A stretch of 64,000 bases of DNA from Candidatus Acidiferrum sp. (GCA_035280045.1 DATEGP010000078.1:14419-78418), one strand, 5' to 3'. Shown: positions 29,225 to 38,785, counted from the first letter of the stretch. Numbers and translations are program-made. Notes: generated by a model not told the origin, from the sequence alone.

Positions 29225-29786
29225 AACGCCCGCGGCGTCCGCCACTGAAACGCCTCAGGTGTCTTCGCCGCCTCGCAAAATCTATCCCATCATCAAGTAT
29301 GGCGATCCCGTGCTCGAAAAACCTGGTGCGCCTGTAAAAAAGTTTGACGCGGAACTCGAGGAACTGGCTGAGGACATGTTCGCTTCCATGTATGCGGCGC
29401 AAGGCGTGGGGCTGGCCGCGCCGCAAATTGGCAAGAGCATGCGCTTTGCGGTAGTGGATGTGACGGGCGGAAAGAATCCTGAGGGAAGAATCGTTCTCGC
29501 AAATCCCGAGGTAACTCACGCGGAAGGCGAAGTCCGCGAAGAAGAAGGCTGCCTTTCCATTCCCGGCTTCCGCGGCTACGTGGTGCGCCCGCAATTTGTC
29601 ACCGTCAAAGCGCAAAACGTGAAAGGCGAACCGTTTGAAATTCGCGGCGAAAACCTCCTGGCCCGCGCGTTCTGTCACGAAATAGACCACCTCAACGGAA
29701 TTCTTTTCTTGCAACATTTGGGCATGCTTAAGCGCGACATGATCAGGCGCAAAATCAAAAAGCTGCGTAAGCAAGGCGAATGGTAA
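29199..29786 (+). CDS. def: Peptide deformylase
   Basis: GVGLAAPQ, EGCLS, HEIDHLNG. Confidence 0.97.
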   Translation: MSDKSTSSKTPAASATETPQVSSPPRKIYPIIKYGDPVLEKPGAPVKKFDAELEELAEDMFASMYAAQGVGLAAPQIGKSMRFAVVDVTGGKNPEGRIVLANPEVTHAEGEVREEEGCLSIPGFRGYVVRPQFVTVKAQNVKGEPFEIRGENLLARAFCHEIDHLNGILFLQHLGMLKRDMIRRKIKKLRKQGEW

Positions 29787-29810
29787 TCTGGAGCACGTGA
29801 CTGTGCTCCT

Positions 29811-30788
29811 ATGCGCTTAATTTTCTGTGGCACGCCTCAATTCGCGGTTCCCACCTTGAATCATCTTCTCGCCAAACCTGATTTCGAGGTTATCGGCGTC
29901 ATCACGCAACCCGACCGACCGCGCGGTCGCGGCCAGCAGCTTTCCGTTTCTCCGATAAAGGAAATCGCGCTCGCCGCGAATCTTCCAGTGCATCAGCCGG
30001 AGAAGATGCGCGCTCCGGAGTTACAGCAACTCCTCGAGAGACTGGCCCCTGACGTAATCGTCATCATCGCGTACGGCCAGATTATTCCTGCGCGTCTTCT
30101 TTCAATTCCCAAACACGGCTGGATCAACCTCCACGCTTCCCTGCTGCCGAAATATCGCGGCGCGGCACCCATCAACTGGGCCATCGTGAACGGCGAGACG
30201 CGCACGGGGCTCACAACTATGCAAATCGACGCGGGCATGGACACGGGTGACACTCTTCTTCAGCGCGAAATGGAGATCGGTCCGAGCGAAACAGCTCCCG
30301 AATTAGCCGCGCGAATGTCTGAGGCCGGTGCGCCTCTTATGGAAGAAACGCTTCGCGGCCTCGCCGGAGGCACCACTGTTCCACGCCCACAGAATCACGC
30401 CGAGGCAACGGTTGCGCCCCTTCTCAAGAAAGAAGACGGCCGCATCATCTGGAATCGCTCGGCGCAGGAAATCTGCAACCGCATGCGCGGCTTCGCACCT
30501 TGGCCGGGTGCCTACACCGCGTTTCGAGGCCACAAGTGCCACCTCTGGGGCGAACCGGTACTCGCTCCCTTTTTGACAGCAGAGATCCACACCAATGCTT
30601 CATTAACCGTTGTGGATTCCACGCCCGGCACGCTCCTTGGCTTTAAGAACGAATGGTTTGCATCCTGCGGGGGAACAACTCTTTTGCGGCTGCAATCCGT
30701 CAAACTGGAAGGCCGCAAGCAAGTCAGCGCCTCCGAATTCGCCAACGGCGCTCACCTCAAATCCGGCGAACGCTTCGGTGAAGCCTGA
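29811..30788 (+). CDS. fmt: Methionyl-tRNA formyltransferase
   Basis: FCGTPQFA, TQPDRPRGRG, NLHASLLPKYRGAAPI, GMDTG. Confidence 0.98.
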   Translation: MRLIFCGTPQFAVPTLNHLLAKPDFEVIGVITQPDRPRGRGQQLSVSPIKEIALAANLPVHQPEKMRAPELQQLLERLAPDVIVIIAYGQIIPARLLSIPKHGWINLHASLLPKYRGAAPINWAIVNGETRTGLTTMQIDAGMDTGDTLLQREMEIGPSETAPELAARMSEAGAPLMEETLRGLAGGTTVPRPQNHAEATVAPLLKKEDGRIIWNRSAQEICNRMRGFAPWPGAYTAFRGHKCHLWGEPVLAPFLTAEIHTNASLTVVDSTPGTLLGFKNEWFASCGGTTLLRLQSVKLEGRKQVSASEFANGAHLKSGERFGEA

Positions 30789-30813
30789 TTCCAGCCAGAT
30801 GCTGAATCTTTTC

Positions 30814-31206
30814 TTACCAGATCGTGTGAACGGCACTCGACCGCCTGATGTCGGCGTCCGCCGTGACAAGCGCAAGTCCCTCCACCAGAGCCGTAGCGCC
30901 AATCAAGCGATCGGCAGGATCCTTAGGGTAGCTGGCAGGCAGTTCCAGGGTGCGCGCGCATGCGCGCGAACTGATGGGCAGCACGACGAACTGAGACTCT
31001 ATTTCTTGCAACATGGATTCGAGGCCTATGGTCAAACGGATGCGGCCTTTGCTTGCCAGCGTGGCCAGCTCTAGGAGCGTGATCCCTGAGATTGCCAGCC
31101 CTTCTGCCGCGTGCCGCGCCTTTTCAATTCTCGCCTTCGCTTTCGGCGACAGTCGGGCAGAATCGGACTTCACCCAAAGCACGACGTGCGTATCCAGAAG
31201 GATCAA
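30814..31206 (-). CDS. vapC: VapC PIN-domain toxin
   Basis: ILLDTHV, ITLLE, DPADRLI, LVTAD. TTG start overlaps the antitoxin TGA. Confidence 0.9.
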   Translation of the reverse strand: MILLDTHVVLWVKSDSARLSPKAKARIEKARHAAEGLAISGITLLELATLASKGRIRLTIGLESMLQEIESQFVVLPISSRACARTLELPASYPKDPADRLIGATALVEGLALVTADADIRRSSAVHTIW

Positions 31207-31442
31207 GCCAAATTGCCCCATTCTTCCAAAGTGAGGGCCGGTGAAACGACATCGCCAACGATGATGACTTTTCCGCGCAGGGAATCAAAGAGATCGTCGG
31301 TAGAGGCATCGATTGGGACGAGCTTCGCGACCGGCTTCCCTCGTTTGGTGATGACCACCGTTTCCCTCTTTGCTTGCACCTCGTCCATAATCGCAAGACA
31401 GTTGGTTTTGAAGGCCCCAGCGCCTATCCTCTTGGTCTTCAT
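31203..31442 (-). CDS. Phd/YefM family antitoxin
   Basis: AGAFKTNCLAIMDEV...VVITKRGKPVAKLVP; AAGGA RBS. Confidence 0.9.
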   Translation of the reverse strand: MKTKRIGAGAFKTNCLAIMDEVQAKRETVVITKRGKPVAKLVPIDASTDDLFDSLRGKVIIVGDVVSPALTLEEWGNLA

Positions 31443-31461
31443 CGCGCGTCTCCTTATGTCT

Positions 31462-31482
31462 ATGGTCATTGTACCATGGTCA
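31462..31482 (-). promoter_or_regulatory. Toxin-antitoxin promoter/operator
   Basis: Minus strand TGACCAT-GG-TACAA-TGACCAT: direct repeats and an ACCATGGT palindrome overlapping the -10 TACAAT. Confidence 0.65.
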
Positions 31483-31665
31483 CATTCGCTGGAACAGTCA
31501 GTTTGCACCCTGAAAAGCCGACCTCATCGCGGCAGTTGGAGCCATAGGAAGTTTGCGCGCGTCAAAGCACTAGGGCATACTCGAATTCTTCTTTTGTTCT
31601 TGATGACTGAAACGGATCAGATCAATTGATTGTCGATCGACCGCCGTATGGGGAGTCCATCTTTC

Positions 31666-33498
31666 ATGTCTAGCTCTGAACTTTTGAGGCATCGCAGTTC
31701 AGGAAACGCCCGCGCATCGAAGCTCTTGCACACCGCCGCGGCCTGTTTTCTCGCCGCCCAACTTGCCTTCCTGCCACTGGCGACCGCCTCTGGCGATAAG
31801 CCCGCTTCCGCAGCGGCAACAGTTCCAACCCCCGTTTCGGCCACTGATCCCGTCTTAAAAGCCATGCAAACGGAACTGGCGCGCGCCGTCACTGATTTAG
31901 GCAAGAGCGAGCAGCCTCCCTACTACCTCAGTTACACGGTTTACGACCAGGATTTCGTTGTGCTTGCCGGAGCTTACGGCAGCCTGCTTGGCAGCAACAA
32001 TGTGCACCGGCGCTTTGCCGACGTGACCATGCGTGTGGGCTCCCCTGACTTGGATAACACTCACGGTCAGAGCCGCTCGAGCGGCGTCACTTCCGGTACT
32101 CTTCCTATCGGCAATGACTCAGATGCCATTGCCCGCGTTTTGTGGGAATTGACCGACCGCGAATACAAACGCGCCGCTCCCGCCCTGCTGAACGTTCGCA
32201 CCGACACGGCCGTCCGAGCCGAGGAAGAAGATAAGTCCCCGGATTTTTCCAAGGAGAGGCCCGAAACGCACATCGGCGAGGCCTCCGCCACTCCGTTTGA
32301 TCGCACGGCATGGGAAAGCGAAATCAAGCGCCTCTCGGCTGCATTCCGCAAATACCCTGAAGTTTATTTCGCTACCGTCGTTCTCCAAGTTGCAAATTCC
32401 AATTCGCGTATGGTTACGAATGAAGGCACTACCCTGGTTTCGCCCAGTTCCTCCACGCGCCTGATCATGGAAGCGCAGACCCGCGCAGACGATGGGATGG
32501 ACCTCCTTCGCGTGGAAACTTTTCAGGCCCCCAGCGCCAAGGGCCTTCCTGCCGAAGGTGAACTCACCGCGAAAATCGAAACAATGGCGCGTGACCTAAA
32601 CGACCTCCGGAAAGCCCCGGTAGCCGAACCCTACGACGGCCCTGCACTTCTGAGTGGACGCGCGGCCGCGGTTTTCTTCCACGAAGTCCTGGGCCACCGC
32701 CTCGAGGGCCACCGCCAGCGCGACGAAGAGGAAGGCCAGACCTTCACCAAGAAAATTGGCCAGGAGGTACTGCCGAAGTTCCTCAGCGTCGTGGACGACC
32801 CAACAGTTCATGAAATTGCCGGCGTGAAACTCGCAGGCGCCTATGACTACGACAATGAAGGCTCCCCGGCCCAGCATGTTGACGTCATCAGAGACGGCAT
32901 TCTCAAAAATTTTCTTATGTCCCGCATGCCGATCAAGAACTTCAGCGTTTCCAATGGCCACGGCAGAAATCAACCTGGCCTTATGCCCACGGGCCGCCAG
33001 GGGAATTTGATCGTCACCTCAACGCAAACAGTGCCAGACAGCCAAATGCGCCAAAAACTCATCGACGAAGTCAAAAAGCAAGGCAAGCCTTACGGTTTGT
33101 ATTTCGATGACATCCAGGGCGGCTTCACTATAACCACGCGCCAGTTGCCGCAGGCGTTTCAGGTGCTCCCCGTGATGGTGTACAAGGTTTACCCCGACGG
33201 CAGGCCCGATGAATTAGTGCGAGGCGTGGACATTGTCGGCACGCCGCTCGCAGCACTCACGCGGATTCTCACTACCGGCGACCAGCCGCACGTGTTTAAC
33301 GGTGTATGCGGCGCGGAAAGCGGCCAGGTCCCTGTTGCCGCCGTCGCTCCTTCCATGCTTTTCTCTGAAATGGAAGTGCAAAAGCGCGCGCATCAGCACG
33401 AGCGTCCGCCGCTGTTGCCTCCACCGGGCTTCGAAGACAACGCAGCGCCTTCAAACGCCGCTTCAGCATCGCAGGCCAAAACCGAGGTGAAGCCATGA
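31666..33498 (+). CDS. tldD: TldD-family metalloprotease with signal peptide
   Basis: FHEVLGHRLEG, DNEG, SNGHGR, GVCGAESG Cys ligand; hydrophobic N-terminus ending LATA. Confidence 0.85.
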   Translation: MSSSELLRHRSSGNARASKLLHTAAACFLAAQLAFLPLATASGDKPASAAATVPTPVSATDPVLKAMQTELARAVTDLGKSEQPPYYLSYTVYDQDFVVLAGAYGSLLGSNNVHRRFADVTMRVGSPDLDNTHGQSRSSGVTSGTLPIGNDSDAIARVLWELTDREYKRAAPALLNVRTDTAVRAEEEDKSPDFSKERPETHIGEASATPFDRTAWESEIKRLSAAFRKYPEVYFATVVLQVANSNSRMVTNEGTTLVSPSSSTRLIMEAQTRADDGMDLLRVETFQAPSAKGLPAEGELTAKIETMARDLNDLRKAPVAEPYDGPALLSGRAAAVFFHEVLGHRLEGHRQRDEEEGQTFTKKIGQEVLPKFLSVVDDPTVHEIAGVKLAGAYDYDNEGSPAQHVDVIRDGILKNFLMSRMPIKNFSVSNGHGRNQPGLMPTGRQGNLIVTSTQTVPDSQMRQKLIDEVKKQGKPYGLYFDDIQGGFTITTRQLPQAFQVLPVMVYKVYPDGRPDELVRGVDIVGTPLAALTRILTTGDQPHVFNGVCGAESGQVPVAAVAPSMLFSEMEVQKRAHQHERPPLLPPPGFEDNAAPSNAASASQAKTEVKP

Positions 33499-35204
33499 GC
33501 GCGCGAACGCTTCACCCCAAGTCCGCTTTTCTACTCGCTCTGGCAATCGCGCTACTCGCCCCTTCACCTCGCGCCGCTTCTAGTGCAAACGATGCGAAAT
33601 CGTCGGCCGACCCTGCCATGGCCGCCGCTCACGCCGCCGCCAAAGGCGATGGTTTGCTCGAAGCACTGATGACGGAACTCGATCGTTCGAAAGCGCAGCT
33701 CAAGATGGACCAGGTTCAGCCGCCCTATTTCATCGAGTATCGCGTCAACGATGTGGACGATTTTTCAGCAGAAGCCGCTTTCGGCGCGGTGCGCGACAGC
33801 CAGCACGGGCACTTTCGCGTCTTGCGCGCCGTCGTGCGCATAGGCGATTACAAACAAGACAGTTTCTACGCGCGAGGCGAAGGCGAGTCCACCATTCTCC
33901 CGCTCGACAATGATCCCATCGCCCTTCGGCGTCAGATCTGGCTCGCTACTGACGATGCTTACAAGGCCGCCGGACAGGCGCTCGCCGAGAAACAAGCCGA
34001 ACTTAAGCGCTTTACCACTGACACTAGCCCCGTGGACGATTTTGCCAAGTCTGCGCCGCTGATCGCTGTGGAACCCACGGTTTCACTCAAGGTCGATGAG
34101 GCTTCCTGGAAAAAAACCCTTGAAGATGTCACCGACCTCTATCGCAAATATCCGGATGTGCAGTCAGTGACTGCGTCTGCGCGTTTTACGGCCATCAACG
34201 AATACCTCGTCAATACCGAAGGAACCGTCACACGCTGCGGAAAGACGACCTACTCGGTGCAATTGAACGGCGCCGCACAAGCTGACGACGGCATGCGCCT
34301 CGGCCGCAGCCCCGCCTTCGTGGTCGCGCGCATGGATGAATTGCCTTCACACGACGCGCTGATGACTGATAGCAAGAACATGCTTGACACCATCGTCGCC
34401 CTTCGTAAAGCACCGATCGTCGAAGAAGAGTATCGCGGGCCGGTTTTGTTTTCCGCCGATGCCGCCGACGACATCGTTGCCTCCTTGATTGGCCAAAACG
34501 TGGTCGGCCGCAAACCGGCGCTGGGCCGCCCGAACCGCACCACCGGTGCCTTCGCCACCAGTTACAAAGCGCGTGTACTGCCGAATTTTCTTTCCGTAGT
34601 CGACGATCCCACACTGAAAGATTTCCAGGGCAAGAGCCTCATCGGCAGTTACATGTTCGATAGCGAAGGCGTAAAGGCCCAGCCCGTCAGCACTGTCGAA
34701 AGGGGAACGCTCACCAACTACCTCATCGGGCGGCAGCCGCTGCGCGACTTCCCTGCTTCGAACGGTCATGGCCGCGCCGGTGCCGGTATGGCGGCCGGTC
34801 CAAACCTCGGCGTTCTGCTGCTGAAAAGTGCCGAAGCGCAATCGCCCGAGGACTTGAAAAAGAAAGTCATGGACATGGTGAAGGAGCAGGGCAAGCCGTA
34901 CGGCTACCGCGTGGAAACGCTCGGTCAGCCGGGAAACACACCGCGTCTCCTGTATCGCGTTTACGCGAGCGATGGCCACGAAGAGCTCGTGCGGGGCGCG
35001 GTCTTCAGCGAACTCGACACGCGCGCTTTGCGCACCGCCGTGATTGCGGCGGGCAATGATCCGCTGGTCAGCAATCGCCCGGGCGGCGTGCCCACTACGG
35101 TCATTAGCCCTTCGTTGTTGTTCGACGAACTGGAAGTAAAGCGCGCCGACACCAGCAAGGACAAATTGCCCGAGTACCCGGCGCCGCCGCTGTCGAAGAA
35201 ATAG
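33495..35204 (+). CDS. TldE/PmbA-like non-catalytic partner with signal peptide
   Basis: VVDDPT, FDSEGV, SNGHGR; no HExxxH; 4-bp overlap with tldD. Confidence 0.82.
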   Translation: MSARTLHPKSAFLLALAIALLAPSPRAASSANDAKSSADPAMAAAHAAAKGDGLLEALMTELDRSKAQLKMDQVQPPYFIEYRVNDVDDFSAEAAFGAVRDSQHGHFRVLRAVVRIGDYKQDSFYARGEGESTILPLDNDPIALRRQIWLATDDAYKAAGQALAEKQAELKRFTTDTSPVDDFAKSAPLIAVEPTVSLKVDEASWKKTLEDVTDLYRKYPDVQSVTASARFTAINEYLVNTEGTVTRCGKTTYSVQLNGAAQADDGMRLGRSPAFVVARMDELPSHDALMTDSKNMLDTIVALRKAPIVEEEYRGPVLFSADAADDIVASLIGQNVVGRKPALGRPNRTTGAFATSYKARVLPNFLSVVDDPTLKDFQGKSLIGSYMFDSEGVKAQPVSTVERGTLTNYLIGRQPLRDFPASNGHGRAGAGMAAGPNLGVLLLKSAEAQSPEDLKKKVMDMVKEQGKPYGYRVETLGQPGNTPRLLYRVYASDGHEELVRGAVFSELDTRALRTAVIAAGNDPLVSNRPGGVPTTVISPSLLFDELEVKRADTSKDKLPEYPAPPLSKK

Positions 35205-35224
35205 TAGACCGATACTGATTGACC

Positions 35225-35255
35225 GCGGACTTCGAACCGCAATTTGTTTGTTTTT
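35225..35255 (+). terminator. Possible intrinsic terminator
   Basis: GCGG-ACTTCGAA-CCGC followed by a T-rich tract. Confidence 0.4.
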
Positions 35256-35259
35256 GCTC

Positions 35260-35294
35260 TTTCCATTTTCCGTTTTCTATTTTCTAATTTCTCT
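35260..35294 (+). repeat. Heptamer tandem repeat (TTTC-core x5)
   Basis: TTTCCAT TTTCCGT TTTCTAT TTTCTAA TTTCTCT, directly before the PASTA start codon. Confidence 0.7.
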
Positions 35295-35299
35295 TCACC

Positions 35300-36019
35300 A
35301 TGACGCTCAAAGAACGGCTCGAATGGCTCACCCGCATGACGCTTCTCGTCTTCATCCTGGCGTCTGCAGCATTCCTTAGCGCGATCACCGCGATGCGCAT
35401 CGCCATTCACGGCCGCGAAGTCACCATGCCCAACCTCGTCGGCAAGAACGTCTCTGAAGCAAGCAAGATGCTCCAGTCCCGCGGCCTGGTGCTGCGGGTT
35501 GCCGACCGCATCTACAGCGACCAGCCCATTAACGTTGTCCTTCGCCAAACGCCCACGGCCGGATTGCTCATGAAAGTTTCGCAGCAAGCCCACGTGGTCC
35601 TTTCTCTCGGCCAGCGCGAGTTGCAGATTCCCTTGCTCGAGGGCAATTCGCTGCGCGCCTCGCGCGTCGAATTGTTGCGCCAGGGCCTGCAAGTTGGCGA
35701 AGTCTCGGCTGTGCCTATGCCGGACCAACCCGCCGACGCCATCGTGCTTCAGAATCCCAAGCCCGGCTCCGGCGCTGCCACGCCGCGCGTCGACGTCCTC
35801 ATCTCGCAAGGCCCGAAAGAAGCTTCTTACGTGATGCCGCATCTGGTGGGATTGAGCGAAGTGGATGCGCAGCGCCGCCTGGATCAAGCACAAATGCGCC
35901 GCAAAGTGAATTACGTTTCCGCGCCCCAGTGGCCCCACGGCTCTGTGATTGATCAGTCGCCGTTGGCGGGTGCGAAGGTTTCCGCCTCTGCCACGATCGA
36001 ACTCACCATCGCCAACTAA
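35300..36019 (+). CDS. Membrane-anchored triple-PASTA protein
   Basis: N-terminal TM; MPNLVG, IPLLEG, MPHLVG repeats with QxP motifs. Confidence 0.9.
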   Translation: MTLKERLEWLTRMTLLVFILASAAFLSAITAMRIAIHGREVTMPNLVGKNVSEASKMLQSRGLVLRVADRIYSDQPINVVLRQTPTAGLLMKVSQQAHVVLSLGQRELQIPLLEGNSLRASRVELLRQGLQVGEVSAVPMPDQPADAIVLQNPKPGSGAATPRVDVLISQGPKEASYVMPHLVGLSEVDAQRRLDQAQMRRKVNYVSAPQWPHGSVIDQSPLAGAKVSASATIELTIAN

Positions 36020-36050
36020 CGACGGCGACCCAAAAACGGACAACCTTCAT

Positions 36051-36452
36051 CTATGCTTTGACTGGTTTCACACCACGTGCTTCTCTTAATTCGGCAACCC
36101 ATTTCTCCAAAACCACTTGTTGATGCGGCTCAATCTTCGTGAATACCACTCCCATTCTCATTGCGTGTCCGGAATAAGCCACCTTGCCCAGAGTCGCAAA
36201 GTTTGCTCCGGCACGCTGAATCCTGATCAAGATCCGCGTGCCCGCCGGCAGCGGGTTTTGGGTGGTGACGCCGCATCCAAACAGGCTTAAATCGCAGGTC
36301 TGTTCGACAATCTGCTCTTCGGACTCCACATCGGTCATTTCAATCGTGGCTACAAAGCGATAGCGGCGTGCGCGTGGACGCTCAGATTGCACAAGGATTA
36401 TCCTCTCCTCGAATCCATGACCTGTCGTGTAGCCGCGGGGGTTGCCCTGCAT
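36051..36452 (-). CDS. PilZ-domain protein
   Basis: RPRARRY, DLSLFG, GKVAY...MGVVF. Confidence 0.85.
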   Translation of the reverse strand: MQGNPRGYTTGHGFEERIILVQSERPRARRYRFVATIEMTDVESEEQIVEQTCDLSLFGCGVTTQNPLPAGTRILIRIQRAGANFATLGKVAYSGHAMRMGVVFTKIEPHQQVVLEKWVAELREARGVKPVKA

Positions 36453-36602
36453 TCTATATCATGACGAACATATATTTCGAGTAAACCAAGCGTATTCGCG
36501 CGTGTTCTCTTTAAACTGCTGACAACCTGTGCTCGTGCCAAATAACTATCCATTAGGAAGAGAACCTTGCAACCAAATGCGGCGTAGAGTACTCCGGTAC
36601 TA

Positions 36603-37025
36603 TTGACCCGCCGGGCTGACCGTTGGATAAATGGCGGTGAAAGCTGCCCCGCCTTCATCTCCCCGAAAATACAGTTGTGCAGGATCACATTCGTGGACGC
36701 TCCCCTTCTGCGCCGCGCGGAAAACCGCATCTCGTTCAAGATGTTCGTGAAGCTGTCGGACCCTTCGACCGGCGCTTTCGAGATTACTTCCACAATTGAT
36801 GTGAGCTGCCACGGTGCGCGCGTCGTAAGCAAGAACCTTTGGGAAACGAACCACGACCTCTTTCTTCAACCGATCCGCGGCAGCCTGCCCTCTCGCGGAC
36901 GCGTGGCGCACTGCGAAACGCGCCAGGATGGCTCCTACGAAATCGGGCTTGAGCTGTATCCCCCCACCGAGGACTGGACACGGTCCGGCAAACTCCCGAG
37001 CAAGCCAATAGGAAGCAGAAACTAA
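36603..37025 (+). CDS. PilZ-domain protein (start uncertain)
   Basis: RRAENR, DVSCHGA, RVAHC...IGLEL. Confidence 0.8.
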   Translation: MTRRADRWINGGESCPAFISPKIQLCRITFVDAPLLRRAENRISFKMFVKLSDPSTGAFEITSTIDVSCHGARVVSKNLWETNHDLFLQPIRGSLPSRGRVAHCETRQDGSYEIGLELYPPTEDWTRSGKLPSKPIGSRN

Positions 37026-37122
37026 TATTTCCAAAACAGTACTTTGGTGCAGGTTCCTGAAAGAAAGGGCCTGTACTTTTTTCAGATTGCCTCGACTGGC
37101 CGCCACAGCCAAGATTAGGGAT

Positions 37123-38004
37123 ATGTTTGGCCGGCCTGCCACAAAAGCATCTGAGTTCGGAGACCGGGTAACCCTCAAGCCCTCTCCCCTGGAAGGGCCC
37201 GCGAGCTACTACGGGCAGTCCGCCGCGATCGATCTGAAGAAGCTGGGGCGGCGCGAATGGTGGCTCTGGTTTTCCGCGCTGGCTGTGACCATCCTCTCCG
37301 CGGCGACTCTACTTCTGACTGCGTTTTCGCGATTATTCCGGCACAAGGATCACTTTTACGATTTGACTCCCGAGCAGGCGCGCTGGGGAATCCTGTGTTT
37401 GCTCCTCCTGTTCAACGGCTGGATGTTGTACCGCCAGCGGTCCTTCCGTAGACTGCGCAGGCAAGCGACTGAGCCGAGCACGGGAGCCGAAGATAACGGA
37501 GCGGCTGTGGACGACACCGCCACAATGGATCCGGTGACGGGCTTGTATACGCGCACGGCGGCCCTGCTGCACTTGGGAAGAGAAATTGCGCGCGCGAAGA
37601 GACAGAATTCGGCGCTGAGCCTGGCCACGATTCACCTGGAAGACTTGGCCGACCTGACCCAGCAGTATGGGAAAACGGCCGTGGACCAGGCGCTGAAAGA
37701 ATTTGCGCGGAGATTGAAAGAAGTGAGCCGCGGTTCGGATTACGCGGTGCGGCTGGCCAACGACGACTTCGTGCTTGTGCTACCCAAATGCAATGTCGGC
37801 GAAGTGAGCCAGGTGCTGAGCCGCATGGGCTCTATGGACCTGGAATGCGCCGGAAAGCGAATTTCGCTGGCGTACACCACGGGCTGGGTGGACTACCAGC
37901 CGGGGGACATGCCTTCCGACCTGCTGAAACGCGCCTCGCAGCTCCTGCATCTTTACGGCGACGCCGCAAAAGACAGCTACGCCGCCACAGGAACCTCGAA
38001 CTAA
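37123..38004 (+). CDS. Two-TM protein with degenerate GGDEF domain
   Basis: DPVTGLY, RGSD I-site, ANDDF in place of GGDEF. Confidence 0.85.
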   Translation: MFGRPATKASEFGDRVTLKPSPLEGPASYYGQSAAIDLKKLGRREWWLWFSALAVTILSAATLLLTAFSRLFRHKDHFYDLTPEQARWGILCLLLLFNGWMLYRQRSFRRLRRQATEPSTGAEDNGAAVDDTATMDPVTGLYTRTAALLHLGREIARAKRQNSALSLATIHLEDLADLTQQYGKTAVDQALKEFARRLKEVSRGSDYAVRLANDDFVLVLPKCNVGEVSQVLSRMGSMDLECAGKRISLAYTTGWVDYQPGDMPSDLLKRASQLLHLYGDAAKDSYAATGTSN

Positions 38005-38023
38005 CGAAAATCCTCGCTAATTC

Positions 38024-38785
38024 TTATTTCAGCGAAAAAACATAAGAACCATCACTGCGCGTGGTGACTTGCGGCGCGCGGTGTTCTTTCTCGAAAAAAT
38101 CGTAGCCTTCCTTGAGGTTGCTCCAGAAGGCAATGAGTTCTGATTGATAGCGCCGCGTGGCCGATAGAGATCGGAGGCCGTCATCGGTAAGGCGCGCGGG
38201 AAAAATCTCGATCGGGAGATGTTGCTGCCCCTGGCTGTGGGCCAGAACTGCAAGCCAATACACTTCCTTGATGCCGTCGTCGGTGATAGGAATGCAGCCG
38301 ATGGAGGCGCAATTCCCGTGAAGGAAAATGTCGCCACCCAGGTTTTGACGATAACCAAGAACGCGGTCGGAAGCGTTCGGATAGCTGATGTGCATGCTCA
38401 AGAAAAAATTGCTCTGGGGATTGAACCAGTCGAGTTCGTAAAAACCTTCCGGAACCTGAGTGTCGCCGAATCTGCGCTTAGGACCAAGAACACCAGACGA
38501 AGTGCAGATGCTGTATTCGTGGACAAGAACGTACGGCTGGCTTTCCGCTGCCGTGGCCCACAGTTCAAGGTCAGCTTCCTTCTTGAAGGCTCGCAGCAAG
38601 ATGGCGTGCGGTGGGTAAGGGAGCCCCTTTGCCTGAAACCGAACACGCATGATGGCGTCTTTTTCTGTTGCGGCGGTGCGCACGCGCGGGAACTTCCATT
38701 GTAGATCGCGAAAGGTTTTGGATTGCTCAGGAGAGGAAGGGTGAGCCGACGCCAAAACGAAAAAGAGGGCGAGAAGAGGCCTCAT
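38024..38785 (-). CDS. L,D-transpeptidase/YkuD family protein (YafK/DpaA-like)
   Basis: GPKRRFGDTQVPEGFY, ISYPN, IFLHGNCASIGC; signal peptide. Confidence 0.88.
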   Translation of the reverse strand: MRPLLALFFVLASAHPSSPEQSKTFRDLQWKFPRVRTAATEKDAIMRVRFQAKGLPYPPHAILLRAFKKEADLELWATAAESQPYVLVHEYSICTSSGVLGPKRRFGDTQVPEGFYELDWFNPQSNFFLSMHISYPNASDRVLGYRQNLGGDIFLHGNCASIGCIPITDDGIKEVYWLAVLAHSQGQQHLPIEIFPARLTDDGLRSLSATRRYQSELIAFWSNLKEGYDFFEKEHRAPQVTTRSDGSYVFSLK

